62,955 nt of DNA, filler included, from Basidiobolus ranarum (GCA_040143965.1; 49 parts of 49 records of this genome joined end to end with filler, not necessarily neighbours in it), one strand, 5' to 3'; shown: positions 11,621 to 24,513, numbered from the whole stretch's first letter. Program-made: numbers and translations. Notes: generated by a model from the sequence alone, not told the origin.

Positions 11621-12413
11621 TGATGGCCAAACATAAAGAGTCAATCAAGTTTTGGAACAATATTTGCAATGCACTATCAACTATAATCAGGATAATTGGA
11701 CACAACTCTTGCCTCTTGCTGAATTTGCTTACAACAACTCTTATCATACCTCAACAAAACAAACTCCCTTCTTTGCAAATTATGGATTCCATCCTTGTTT
11801 CACTATTCACCCACCATCCAATCTACCTTGCCCTGCTGCCTCAGACCATGCCACTTACCTTAAGGACATCCATAAACAATTAATATCTGAGTTGGAGCAT
11901 GCTCAATCCCAATACAAGAACTTTGCTGATAAGAAAAGAAAGCCAAGCCCAGATCTCAAGCCAGGAGATTATGTTTGGCTACTCCGGAAGAATATCAAAA
12001 CCACTAGACCTTGTGATAAACTTGATCATAAAAGACTAGGGCCTTTTAAGATTATTAAGCAAATCAATTCAGTAGCCTTCTGCCTTGAACTCCCAGCCCA
12101 TTTCAAAGTCCACAATGTATTCCATGTGTCTCTCTTAGAGCCACATGCCAGAAACACCTTCCAGGGCCGATCCATTGACCAACCACCAGCAATCCAAGTG
12201 GAAGAACACCCTGAATATGAAGTTAACAAAATTCTAGATTCCAGAATTTACCGACGTAAATTGCAATATTTAGTGGACTGGAAAGGATATTCAACAAATG
12301 ATCAATCATGGGAGCCAGCAACAAATCTTTCTAATTCCAAGGAACTTTGCCAGGAGTTTCATGAAGCCTACCCAGAAAAACCTGGCCCTATGATGTCTGG
12401 AAGCCATCACTAA
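11621..12413 (+). mobile_element. Ty3/Gypsy chromovirus integrase C-terminus with chromodomain
   Basis: LLPLAEFAYNNS, KLDHKRLGPF, HNVFHVSLL, EYEVNKILDSR..QYLVDWKGY..SWEP. Confidence 0.95.
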
Positions 12414-12425
12414 AGAAGGGGATAC

Positions 12426-12810
12426 TGTCATGATTCTGATCTTGGCATACTGATCCACTACAAATAAAACTTCTCTATTATTAGATTATGACATCATATC
12501 TGCTGTGCCATCCCTTCTTGGCAATCTGGTGTTAGTTCATCCAGATTACCTTATATGGAAGTCATGTTCTTTGGAACATTCCATGAAACCTAACCAATCA
12601 TGTCATCCCACACATAGTGTATTTCCACCAAGACCTTTCATGGAAGGTCTCATGATCATCCTTACATCATCCCTCTTTGTATTGGTCCTTGTAGTCCCTT
12701 ACACCCCAACTCTTGAACTTGCCACAGTATATTCCCTTTAAGTATATTATGTTTCATCTTGCAATATCTATATAAGCCCCATGTATTCCTTGATCAGACC
12801 TCAGACTGAT
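12426..12810 (+). mobile_element. Gypsy 3' LTR (family F) after a polypurine tract
   Basis: AAAGAAGGGGA tract then TGTCA; reverse copies at 54861-55261 and about 21622-21745. Confidence 0.85.
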
Positions 12811-12910
12811 NNNNNNNNNNNNNNNNNNNNNNNNNNNNNNNNNNNNNNNNNNNNTTAATTAATTAANNNNNNNNNNNNNNNNNNNNNNNNNNNNNNNNNN
12901 NNNNNNNNNN

Positions 12911-13558
12911 AGCAAGAATATGTTGCTACTCCTCCCATTGTTTATCTCCTCCAACTGGTTCTACTCCTGCCGATTCGGAGGTATCAATGAAATATTGTTC
13001 AATGTTCGTACCCGTTCTTTCAACAGTGCTTTCTACTGGGCCAGTCAAATGGTCGGTGCTTATGGTATTGGTATGCTTTTGGATGACGTCAAGCTTGACC
13101 GTCGCACTCGTGCTATCTATGGATTAGCTGTAGTAGCTCTTCTTAACACCATCACCTGGGGTGGTGGTCTTGCCTCTCAACTCAACTACACTCGTGAGAA
13201 TCACCCCAAGAATATTGACTTCCTCAATGGCCCTGGCTACGGACCTGTATTCACCTTGTTCTTATCGTATGGTCTTTGTGGCGCTCTTTTGCAGACTTAT
13301 GCCTACTGGTTAATGAGTACTCTATCTGACGACCCCCATGTTCTTGCTCGTTATGCAGGATTCTACAAGGGAGTTCAATCAGCTGGTGCAGCCATTGCCT
13401 GGGATATTGATGCCAAAGGTAACACCTTCATGACTCAATTCGTTGTCAACTGGGTATTGTTGACTGTTTCTCTTCTATTATCATTTGTCATCGCTAGAAG
13501 CATCAAAGAACCTTCCTATGATGGTTACGAGAAACTTATTGAAGATATCGAGTATTAA
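12911..13558 (+). CDS. UNC-93-like (DUF895) MFS membrane protein, C-terminal half
   Basis: FNVRTRSFNS..YW..Q..GA, LARYAGFYKGVQSAGAAIAW motifs; multiple hydrophobic helices. Confidence 0.88.
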   Translation, partial: SKNMLLLLPLFISSNWFYSCRFGGINEILFNVRTRSFNSAFYWASQMVGAYGIGMLLDDVKLDRRTRAIYGLAVVALLNTITWGGGLASQLNYTRENHPKNIDFLNGPGYGPVFTLFLSYGLCGALLQTYAYWLMSTLSDDPHVLARYAGFYKGVQSAGAAIAWDIDAKGNTFMTQFVVNWVLLTVSLLLSFVIARSIKEPSYDGYEKLIEDIEY

Positions 13559-13938
13559 TCTGTAGTTGATCGCATGTAATTAGTTGTATCATTAGAGTTA
13601 GTTATTAGGGAAAACCAGACGTAATATTCATTATTAAAATAGAATCTATATATTTTTCCAACACAGAAATCGCACACTAAGAATTTATTGGTAACCTAGC
13701 CATCATACTGTTATACCACATATTCCCGAATCACTGTATTCCTGATTGAGATTGTCAAGTGAAACTTGTCACATCCTGCTTGTTTCCCAGACTCCATTCA
13801 TCAACTACCTTTTTTGTCAGGGTATTTCCAATATTACCATCTATATGAATAACCAATCAATTACTTCTGTTACCAACCAGTATTGTTCCTGTCCTGTTAG
13901 AATGGGTCACCAACTCGTTGTATGGCTCAGATTTGCCT

Positions 13939-13990
13939 ATACCCTTCTTCCTATTTACTTCTAGATACCCTTCTTCCTATTTACTTCTAG
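13939..13990 (+). repeat. 26-bp direct tandem duplication within an LTR-like segment
   Basis: ATACCCTTCTTCCTATTTACTTCTAG twice. Confidence 0.85.
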
Positions 13991-14200
13991 GTGGCCGACT
14001 AATCCACTGTCAGAGTCTTCTTGGGTGTATAGGAGCTGGAAGGCTTCAAGTCGTGGGACTGGGGAATACCAATAATACTTTGGATATTTCACATCTGCCA
14101 NNNNNNNNNNNNNNNNNNNNNNNNNNNNNNNNNNNNNNNNNNNNTTAATTAATTAANNNNNNNNNNNNNNNNNNNNNNNNNNNNNNNNNNNNNNNNNNNN

Positions 14201-15070
14201 ATATGGGCTTTGTTGCTGTTATTGTGCTCAAACAATGCTAAAACCCATGAGCACATTGAAAAGAGCCCTTTGTTGACAGGTTAATATACTCTGGAGTCTC
14301 CTTAACCCATTGCATTACCTCCATCACTGATTTTAATGACATATTGTTAATCAGATTAGCATATGGTAATACTGACAATTTCAGATGGAGCAGCAATTCA
14401 CTGCAGGTGCGCTCCATTGGGAACTCCCAGAAGGTACAGCCAGGGCCTATAATCTCTAAACATTGTGAAATATTCAGCAGGGAGTGTATTGAAAACTGGC
14501 ATAGATTCTGTCTATCTTCTTTAAACCTGTAATAAAGTTTTTCATATTCAATTACAAAATCTTTGCACAGTTGCTGTATCTGCCCAATATCTGCCAATGT
14601 GAGTTGATGCCATAAGAATATATTGATAGTATCCACAGACAACACCCAATGTTGCTAATACTTACCCGGCAGTAATAGTTTCAAGATTTGACTTGAATAT
14701 ATGTATATTCAATATTTCCAGTCTTTGCATGTGAATAAATGCCCAGATGAGTGAATAATGATGGGAGTCCTGGCAAAACATGATGGTATCTTGGCATTTT
14801 CCAGTATTTTCCCAATTGATTCAAACCTTCAACCTATCTCAAATGGCCCATTCTTATTGAATTTTCCACTATATAGCTGAGTAAGTAGAATTGGAATGCT
14901 GTTGTATAGTAAGTGCATGGTGCCTAATGGGAAGTTCTGGCTCTAGCTGATCCCCCTTAGCAATATAATCTTAGGCTTATAGCTAAGGCCAAGCTTCATG
15001 TTAGACTGACTATTTGATGAATTGATATCAGTGAGGAAGTTGAAATCTGACCAGGCTCTTGATGGTAGGA
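14201..15070 (-). pseudogene. CACTA transposase C-terminal half, degenerate
   Basis: YEKLYYRFKEDR..C...IHSLL...WEFPMER; homologous to 51837-52649. Confidence 0.9.
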
Positions 15071-15089
15071 TTTGATTTTAATCATTTTA

Positions 15090-15390
15090 TCAATATCTCC
15101 AGCAAAGCCCACCATTGTATTAGCATTGCTGAATTAACATTCTTCCGGCTATCATGTGGATACCCTGGGATATTGTGCCACTCTGTATTAAGGTCTTCAC
15201 AGATATCTGCATTGTCAACACCAAAATGCATGTCAAGTTGAATGTTAATTTTCTGAAGCCACTATCTGCCTACTTGCACTGCATTTTTCCCTTCAGATTA
15301 GTGAAAATACTTCCCAAGTACTTTTACTATTTTCATACATCCTTGTAGTGTGACACTCCTGAGGCTGCCTAGTGGTGTTTGTGTGGGGTT
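15090..15390. mobile_element. CACTA left-arm fragment
   Basis: Matches 37930-38215 and 22878-23125. Confidence 0.7.
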
Positions 15391-15490
15391 NNNNNNNNNN
15401 NNNNNNNNNNNNNNNNNNNNNNNNNNNNNNNNNNTTAATTAATTAANNNNNNNNNNNNNNNNNNNNNNNNNNNNNNNNNNNNNNNNNNNN

Positions 15491-15770
15491 CGAAATGACT
15501 CATGACGAGCCTGGTCGAACACTAGGCCAGAGAATCAGTGAAACTGGATATGTTTGGAGCAACATTGGTGAGAATGTGGCTGCAGGGTTTGGTGATGAGG
15601 TTTCAGTCATGAATGCTTGGATGAACTCACCTGAACATCGTAGAAATATCCTAAACCCAATCTTCACTCAAACTGGTATGGCGTACGACCCCCAAGGTAG
15701 CTATTGGACTCAGGATTTCGGTCGCCCTATGACTTTAAGAAGACGGTCAGCTAGAGTCTCCAGAAAGTAA
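15491..15770 (+). CDS. CAP/SCP domain protein, C-terminal part
   Basis: GENVAAG..VMNAWMNSPEHRRNILNP.FTQTG..YWTQDFG. Confidence 0.9.
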
Positions 15771-16937
15771 TGACTCATTAAAATAGATGTTAAGTAATAG
15801 ATGAGATGTATGTATTAATAGTATCATATTCCACATAAATAAATTATACCCACAATTTAATACCTATTTTATTTCAATTCTTCATATTTTACTTTGGTAC
15901 TCATCTGCAGTACCTGAACACTGAATATAGATGCAACAATGCCTTGCCTATATAATGTGGGTAATTCTATAATATGCCAAGTCAAATGTGTAAATTCCTG
16001 AAAGTTTATTCTGGATATATTCTTTCTCGCACTGGACTATTTATAAGTATTTCAGATCACCGCTACATACAAATCTATATATGTGCTTTCTATGTTATAA
16101 ATAAAACAAATTTTCATGCTCTTTGCAGTTTTGCCAATTGAGAGGTTATCTAAGGAGATTATCGGCAGGTAAATATTACTTTGTTGACACTTAAACTCAT
16201 CATCGACTATTTGATAAAAGAAAAAAGAATAGCAACGTGGAGCTAAAGTCGTTCTTAATAAGAAATGAAGTATGGAATCTCAGACATACAATCCCCAATG
16301 CATAAAGAACATGAAGATTTTCAAAATTGAAATTTGTTTCATGTCTTCACCTCCACAAGTGTGCTAACATGTATGTAAAGACTAAGAACATTCTAATTGC
16401 AAGTGGTTCACTCATTCACCTAATATTCTCAATATGTTCAATTACAGTTATAAAAACATATTTATTACATAGTAATGAATTTGAATCTTCAAAGTATGTC
16501 AGCTATTACTCAGGTGATACATTTTTTCTTTAGGTTCCTTTATCTCAATCTCATGAAGGCAGAGATTCGTTTGACCTGCAAAACGACTCCCATAACTTCT
16601 TAGTGGCACAGAGACACATCAACATGGGCAATACCTAGTAGCTTAGCATTGGCAATTAGAGCCGGACATCCTGCATTGCCNNNNNNNNNNNNNNNNNNNN
16701 NNNNNNNNNNNNNNNNNNNNNNNNTTAATTAATTAANNNNNNNNNNNNNNNNNNNNNNNNNNNNNNNNNNNNNNNNNNNNATAATCCAAACTTGCCATTC
16801 ATTACCAGAAATTTCTTCTAAATCTCCTGATGACTCATCTGTGACACCATCTCAGAATCAGCTGATGATAATGATGGGCTATACCTAAAATACTATCTTT
16901 TCATGGGAGGTGTTCTTTTTTCTACAAAATCCTTCTT

Positions 16938-17969
16938 ATGCCACAACACAAAGGTTTAAAGAAGCACTGCTATGATTGTCACAAATTCTTGTGCTATGAA
17001 AGCCAGAGGCTGCATAGAAAAAATAATCACAAGCACAGTCACAGTACAAAGCCCCCAGCTGCACAAGCCTGGTGTATAACAACAGTAATAAGTCTACTAA
17101 AGCAACTGTATTTTTGCCTATTGAGTCCACTGAATGTAGTTTGCCTCAAAGTTTTGGTAACACTGCCAAAAGTCAAGACACCATGGAGTTACCGTAGTTA
17201 TATGACCAGAATGATGTAGATCAAAATGTAACTTTGGTCAAACCAGTAAGTCCAGATAACTTTGACGACGTGCTGCTAGATGTTGACCTTGGCTATTCCA
17301 GTACCAATGGTAGTATATCAGAATATGAAGAACAAGACAACAGTTTTGTTATGGAATCTTTGTTATTGGCAAACATTAGTCCACTCATAATATTTACTGT
17401 AAAGGAAGCAGCTTTGATTATTGAGGAGTGGAGAGTTCAATCAAATCTTAGCAAACAGGTGTTTATTGATTTTCTTACACTTTTACCACATTTGATTGGC
17501 AACTGTTGCTTGCCACAGACCTGGTAAAAATGGAAAACACTTGTCAATTGTATGACTTATAATCCTTCTGTAATTAAACTACCTTCATGTCCAAATGGTT
17601 GTTTGGCTTTCTCCGGTGATCTGGAAAACCTGAGTCATGTACTGTTTGCACACAATTGGCAATCACTGAATCAGGTAAATATTGCTCATATTTGGCTTAG
17701 ATACCATTGATTCCCCATCTTAAAGTTTTGATGAATCACCCAAATATAGATCATTGATTCAATACCAAAGTACTCACCGTAAAGCTGATGGTATTACCAA
17801 TACACTTGATGGATATCATGACCAGAATCTGAAAAATCAAGGTTTCTTTGAGAACACTTATGATCATGCATTTGCATTGGCTCTGGATGGTTTCTTACTA
17901 AACAAATATACCATTGGAAAGGCTTGCTGGCCAATAATTTTAATCAACTTAAATCTTCCTCCTTCTGAA
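16938..17969 (+). pseudogene. CACTA transposase N-terminal region
   Basis: Continues through LPQTW and CPNGCLAF into sequence matching 2595 onward; upstream 16781-16890 matches 22757-22870. Confidence 0.85.
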
Positions 17970-18069
17970 NNNNNNNNNNNNNNNNNNNNNNNNNNNNNNN
18001 NNNNNNNNNNNNNTTAATTAATTAANNNNNNNNNNNNNNNNNNNNNNNNNNNNNNNNNNNNNNNNNNNN

Positions 18070-19258
18070 ACAGGCTCCCAAATACTTTAACAGGTTATGA
18101 GCCCTGGGCTTGCACTCTCTGTAATGTCTACTTCTCAAATCTATGGAACTTTTCCCTCTTCTGAAAAATTGGATGGAACCATTTATCAAGTTTGGAAAAT
18201 TAAAATCAAAATGCTGCTGCAAGAAAAAGAACTTTGGGACATTGTTGTAGGAGAAGCAAACAATGCAAAACTATCTGAAACCAAAGTTTTACTCCTGGTT
18301 GAAAAAGAACAAAGTGCCTTTAAAACAATTTGTCTTAATGTTAAAGACAAATTGCTAGTTCAATGTTCAAGAGCTAAAACTGCCAGGAAGGTATGGAAAG
18401 CCTTGAAAGACACCTACCAATCAAGTTCTGCTACCAACAAGATGTTTCTAAGAAGACAATTCTTTAACTTATAGATGAAGCAAGGAGAAGACATTAAATC
18501 ACTAATTAATAGAGTCACTATTTTAGTGAATGAAATGGAATGCATTGGAGTACCTACTACTGATCAAGATATAATAGTTACAGTCCTGAATAGCCTGCCA
18601 CATGAGTTTCAGAGCCTAGTAATGGCTCTAGAATCAAGAACTGAAAATATGACTTTAAATTATATATTTGGCAGACTTCTGGATGAAAATATGTGCAAAT
18701 CAGGATCCAACCAAAAGAATGAAGAAAATGCTTTAATAGGCTATGGGAAACCTTGCTATAAATGGTCAAAAGCACTTTAAGAAGAAAAGTAACACATTCT
18801 GTGATTACTGTAAAAGAACTGGTCATTTAAGCAAAGATTGCTTTAAAAGAATTGTAAAAAAAGAAAACCATACTGAATCTGGAAATGTGATCACAACAGA
18901 AGATCACTTGTTCATTTCTGCTCTATCTATGACTACCAACATGGATGCTCAGACATGGTATATTGATTCTGGAGCTTCCCAACATTACACAAATGAAAAA
19001 CATTGGTTTGTGGATTATGAAGAAATCCCATTTAGAAAGGTTTTCATGGGAGATGACTGCATATTGGATGCTATTGGAATGGGAACAATTCAAGTCAATT
19101 TAACTGGAGCTTCTGAAGAGAAAGTATATACTTTTAAGGATGTACTACATGTTCCAGATATTGCCAAGAATTTAATATCTGTATGCAAGGCCACCTCAGA
19201 AGGGCTAAAATTCAATTTTGATAAGTCAGGATGCACCATCACTGATCAAAATGGGAAT
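18070..19258 (+). mobile_element. Copia family B 5' end: LTR tail, PBS, gag and protease (stop and frameshift)
   Basis: TTTAACA|GGTTATGAGCCC; EKLDG..YQVWKIK, CDYCKRTGHLSKDC, WYIDSGASQH. Confidence 0.93.
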
Positions 19259-19358
19259 NNNNNNNNNNNNNNNNNNNNNNNNNNNNNNNNNNNNNNNNNN
19301 NNTTAATTAATTAANNNNNNNNNNNNNNNNNNNNNNNNNNNNNNNNNNNNNNNNNNNN

Positions 19359-20547
19359 CCATTGGGAACTCCCAGAATGTATAGCAAGGGCCTATAATCT
19401 CTAAGCATTGTGAAAGATGCAGCAGGGAATGTATTGAATACCGGCATAGATTCAGTCTATCTTCTTTAAACCTGTAATAAAGTTTTTCATATCCAATTAC
19501 AAAATCTTTGCACAGTCACTATATCTGCCTGAGATCTGCCAATGTGAGTTGATGCTGTAAGAATATATCAACAATATCAACAAACAACTTCCAATGTTGC
19601 CAATACTTATCAGGCAGAAATCTTTTCTGAATTCCACTTGAATATACACAAATCTAATACTTCCAGTCTTTGCATTTGAATATTCACCTAGATGAGTGGA
19701 TATTGATGGGAGTCCTGGTAAAATATGATGTTATCTTGACATTTTCAAGCATTTTGCCAATTGATTCAAACTTTGATCCTATCTTGAATGGTGCGTTCAT
19801 ATTGAATTTTCCACTATATAGGCAAGTAAGTAGTATTGGAATGTTGTTGAATAGTAAGTGCAGGTGCCTAATGGGAAGCTCTGGCTCCAGCTGATCCCCT
19901 TTAGCAATATAATCTTATGCTTACAGCTAATACCAAGTTAGATGTTAGACTGACTATTTGGTGAATTGATAGCAGTGACCATGTTGAAATCTGGTCAGGC
20001 TTTTGATGGTAAATCATGAAGTTTAGTGTTGTATTTTGATAGTAGTAATGTGTATGCCGGTTAGAGTAAACTCCATTGATTTGACAAAATCCACAGCAAG
20101 ATAGTGCATTGTGCCTGCAAATACCTCCAAGTTTACTGATGGCAGGAGTGTCACCAATACATACAACAATATTGGCTTTAATAAATTGTTCACCTATCTG
20201 AACCCCATTAGATAACCATTCTAATTCCGCAATCAAAGGCTCCAAGAAGCTATCTGTAAGCACTGGTGATTTAGGTCCAGATATGATGGAATAGTATCAG
20301 ATTATTATGACTCTTATATCATTCAGAAAGAGGAAGATTTAAATTGATTAAAATTATTGCCCAGCAAGCCTTTCCAACGGTATATTTGTTTAGTGAGAAA
20401 CCATCCAGAGCCAATGCAAATGCATGATCATACATTTTCTCAAAGAAACCTTGACTTTTCAGATTCTGGTAGTGATATCCATCAAGTATATTGGTAATAC
20501 CATCAGCTTTACAGTGAGTACTTTGGTATTGATTCAATGATCTATAT
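19359..20547 (-). pseudogene. CACTA transposase core, degenerate
   Basis: Close match to 2620-3776. Confidence 0.9.
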
Positions 20548-21326
20548 NNNNNNNNNNNNNNNNNNNNNNNNNNNNNNNNNNNNNNNNNNNNTTAATTAAT
20601 TAANNNNNNNNNNNNNNNNNNNNNNNNNNNNNNNNNNNNNNNNNNNNCAGTCTTTGTTTCCCAACAAAGACACTAATACCAAGCTGGTTGATGAGTAGTA
20701 GTGCGCCGTCCGTAAAGGGAAGTGTGGGATGTGTTCGTTTAGCTCTTCGGAACTTCTGAACTATCTCAGTTGATGATCTTGCCGGTCGATTATTCCAACG
20801 ACCAGGCGAGGATGGTCTGCACATTCTGACAGCTTGTTATCTACTTCAAATATCATTTGCTTTCTATACAAAAACTAAACGTTATCCAACATTTTAAATC
20901 TGCTATTCATGTAAGCATAAAAAGATTGAATCTTAAGCAATTTGTCAGCAAGTGACGTGAAGTGAACAGACATCTAACATTCATGTCAAAGATCTATTTC
21001 GATATAGACAATAATTCGATTTGTGATCAACAACATTAGGAATACACATGAAAATGAAATTACTAGTGATGAAACTGCCTTTCCCAATCCTTACCATACT
21101 TCACGGTTGTTGGCTAATGGTCATCCATTTACAATGATTTTTAAATATTGAATCTAATGAATTAATTGTTTGCTGTTGAATCTATACTTCAATCAACAAC
21201 TTCGAAACATGACCCACCTTAAAATTTAGAATATCAATCAATGTATTTACTACTTGGTACTTGGAACAATAACTGCACTTTCTAAACTAGATAAGTCTGT
21301 GGAATCAATCACCTATATATTAGTAT

Positions 21327-21836
21327 TGTTGAAATTAGCATTGCTTAATCACCTTTATAGTCATATATAGCTTAGTACTTAGTTATCTTATAATTCACAA
21401 AGATATTATCCATTATTCTCACAAGGAGTTTACTTAGAATATTTTTACCAATTTAGAAGTTCTCAGATATACAGATTTTTCAAACTTGCGCTAGAAGCCC
21501 TAAGCTTTGCACGCATGTTCCTGGGACCTTCCCAAACACTTTCTACACATTAGTTTCTTTACATGTTGACAAAACTATAAATGTTAACTTTCTACTCAAT
21601 AATGTTAAAGTATTTGAGAGTATCACAATAAGGAACTGGACAAGGACCAGAAACAACAACAAGAGGCAAGAAGGCAGGAGAGTACTTGGGTGTAGACCAC
21701 AAGACAAGACAAGACTGGACAAGGAAGATACTTTGGCAAGAATATGTTGGAGGATCTTGACATAATGGGGGTAGACTTTGAGTATTAGAAGCAACTTATG
21801 ATAGTGTGTTTTTAGTTACTTTATTCTTAAGAGTAT
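21327..21836. mobile_element. Nested LTR fragments: family B (+), family F (-), family H (-)
   Basis: Matches to 26243-26589, 54861-54980 and 50922-51238. Confidence 0.8.
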
Positions 21837-21936
21837 NNNNNNNNNNNNNNNNNNNNNNNNNNNNNNNNNNNNNNNNNNNNTTAATTAATTAANNNNNNNN
21901 NNNNNNNNNNNNNNNNNNNNNNNNNNNNNNNNNNNN

Positions 21937-22715
21937 ACATTCAGAGTCTTTTGGTTTGCCGGTTTTCCTATGAGATTTCTACTTTCATGTGCCCAAGCAA
22001 TTTTGGGTCTTTGTGTAGGCTTAATGGTCCGACACATATTCTGCTCTGCTAGGTTGTCATGGTGACATTCATATGTATGGTGTGGGATTGATTGAAATCC
22101 TGTATGAGAATGGATGGAGGGAGCAGCATGTTGCTGTAGCTCAAGTACAGCATTCTGAAGGTCTTGTATCATTGTTGAGTAACTCTCTAACATTTGACTA
22201 GTTGCTTCCAAACATTGCATTATTTGCAATATTGCAGCATTATTGCTTTTCATGGCTTGTATAGCAACTTCATGGTTTTTACTTATTATTGCATACAAAT
22301 CTTTATGGTGTTCTGCCTGCAATTCCCTTGTTGTAATAATTCTATCCAAATTTTCTACAGTGGGTTGTTCAATAATGTGCAAAGTGGCCATTTTGGAAGT
22401 GGATGGTCTTGATGGTGTTTTGGCTGAACTTTGTTCAACTAATGATTTACTATGTAATTGAGGGATTACAATCTCTTCATTTGCACTATTGCTCAAAAGG
22501 AACACATCTGGTAAATTGATTAATGCTTCATCATTACTTGAGTTAGTTTCTGGCATGGTAATGTCTTCCAAAGTGGATAGTGGATTATTAGACTGCTCAT
22601 CAATTAAGTCCTCTGTTCTTGCTGGTTTTTTTCCTCTTGTACCACCAGGCTTTTGCTCAGAAGCCAATTTTGACTTAGATTTTGAACACTTTTTGAATGG
22701 CATTGAAATTTTCAA
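21937..22715 (-). CDS. Accessory ORF of the CACTA element, unknown function, partial
   Basis: Open for about 260 codons; multicopy (443-850, 44447-44995); upstream region overlaps the transposase upstream region in contig 16781-17969. Confidence 0.7.
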
Positions 22716-23225
22716 ATGGTAAGCTTGGTGTAATGAAATTGCTTAGAAACAGCTTATAATAAACCAAAATTGCCATACATTGCAGAAATATCTTGTAAAT
22801 CCCCTGATGACTCATGTGTGACACTATCTCAGAATCAGCTGATGATATTGATGGGCTGTAACAAAAATACCACCCTTACAAAGCCCACCATTGTATTAAT
22901 GTTGCTGAATCAACATTCATCCAGCTATCTGGCAGATACCCGGCAATATTGTGCCACTCTGTATTATGTTCTTCCCAGATATCTGCATGGTCAACACCAG
23001 ATTAAATCTCAAGTTGAATGTTCTTCTTCTGAAGCCACTTTCTGCATACTTGCACTGCGTTTTTCCTTCATACTTTTGAAAATACTCCTCAAGCACTTTG
23101 ACTATTTTTGTACGTCCTTGTAGTGNNNNNNNNNNNNNNNNNNNNNNNNNNNNNNNNNNNNNNNNNNNNTTAATTAATTAANNNNNNNNNNNNNNNNNNN
23201 NNNNNNNNNNNNNNNNNNNNNNNNN

Positions 23226-23369
23226 CACCATACCACGGAATGGGAAAGGGAAGTTAGCAATGACAATGCCTGTAATGCCTGTACCCATATTGACAGCAAA
23301 CCATCCTGGAATGAAACCTCTAACAATATCGCGAGGATGTTTTAGTTCTGAAAAGAGGCCCTTCATCAT
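23226..23369 (-). CDS. SLAC1/TDT family (Ssu1/Mae1-like) transporter, N-terminus
   Basis: PGWFAVNMGTGI motif. Confidence 0.85.
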
Positions 23370-24185
23370 AGAATATAAAAGTTATTCAAGAATAATGCTT
23401 CATCAAGGAAGCGGGCAAAGCAATATTTATACTACATAATCATCGACAAAGCTTCTTAATGGAAAATGGGGAGTTTTGATTTCTGCAATCCAATTAGCTT
23501 ACGGATTATGAACTGTTACAAAATAGATCTACCGCAATTGGTAATTTTCTATTGCTTACATAGTGAATTTCCCTACGATATGATTTGAGAGTCATTTCCA
23601 TATATGGTGATACGACTGAATACTTATCCCGGATTTATATTTTAAGTAAATGGACCAAAAGGTTTATCCGACTTTGATGGAATTTTAGTTAGATGGTACG
23701 TTTGTTTGTAAACTATTTCTAGCAAAGTTGTCACAATTCACCACAATATTTTGGCAACGGATGATCACAAAACGAAATATATTAGTTACTATGGGGCGCT
23801 TAATGGCTAACCTTATCTTATGTCCAAGTATCCGGCTTTTAGCTGGAGAAACAAAGCTATGCAATGCTATTGTTAGGATAACTTTAGACCAAGTTAGTTT
23901 ATCACGTAGATATCTAACTAACTTAGAGTTTTTTATGTATCACTGAGAGTAACTAAACATGGATTTCTTCTTGGAGTGAATTATCATAGCTATCTCGATG
24001 TTACCAATCAAACATACTGTGTATCCCTATTTGTGCACACGACTTGACCCCGTTACAAATTAGAAGTAGAATGGTTTTATTGATATTGACATTATATTAA
24101 ATATAAACATGTGTAGGTTACAAGAATATGCTATTTGATTGTCTAATAAGCTATGGGTGTAATATCCAATCTGACTTAAACTTGT

Positions 24186-24413
24186 CTAATCTGTGCAGGC
24201 TTGCATTTCAGGATCAGCAGCATTTACTTGACAAGGTAGTTGTTGAAGACATGGTGCGTTAAAGACAGTACCAGAGTATATTCCACGCAAGGTATGAAAG
24301 GATACAGTGAACCAATTGAGAACCAACCAACAGACAAAGAATGATGTCAACCCATGGAAGAATCGAGAGTCAGTAGCAATAGCGATGTTGAGAGTACCAG
24401 CGGTAAACACACC
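24186..24413 (-). CDS. SLAC1/TDT family transporter, C-terminus of an upstream copy
   Basis: GVF..GT...W..V..HTLRGIYSGTVFNAPCL, typical Ssu1/Mae1-like C-terminus. Confidence 0.75.
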   Translation of the reverse strand, partial: GVFTAGTLNIAIATDSRFFHGLTSFFVCWLVLNWFTVSFHTLRGIYSGTVFNAPCLQQLPCQVNAADPEMQACTD

Positions 24414-24513
24414 NNNNNNNNNNNNNNNNNNNNNNNNNNNNNNNNNNNNNNNNNNNNTTAATTAATTAANNNNNNNNNNNNNNNNNNNNNNNNNNNNNNN
24501 NNNNNNNNNNNNN

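Noticed and set aside
10331-13558. NRPS plus MFS transporter as a biosynthetic gene cluster
   Set aside because: They lie on separate contigs ordered only by length.
16600-16680. Possible Cys-containing C-terminus GNAGCPALIANAKLLGIAHVDVSLCH* on the minus strand
   Set aside because: 26 residues only; no family recognised.
20648-20860. CpG-rich segment with a 74-aa ORF call
   Set aside because: No recognisable motif in any frame; ORF runs into the linker.
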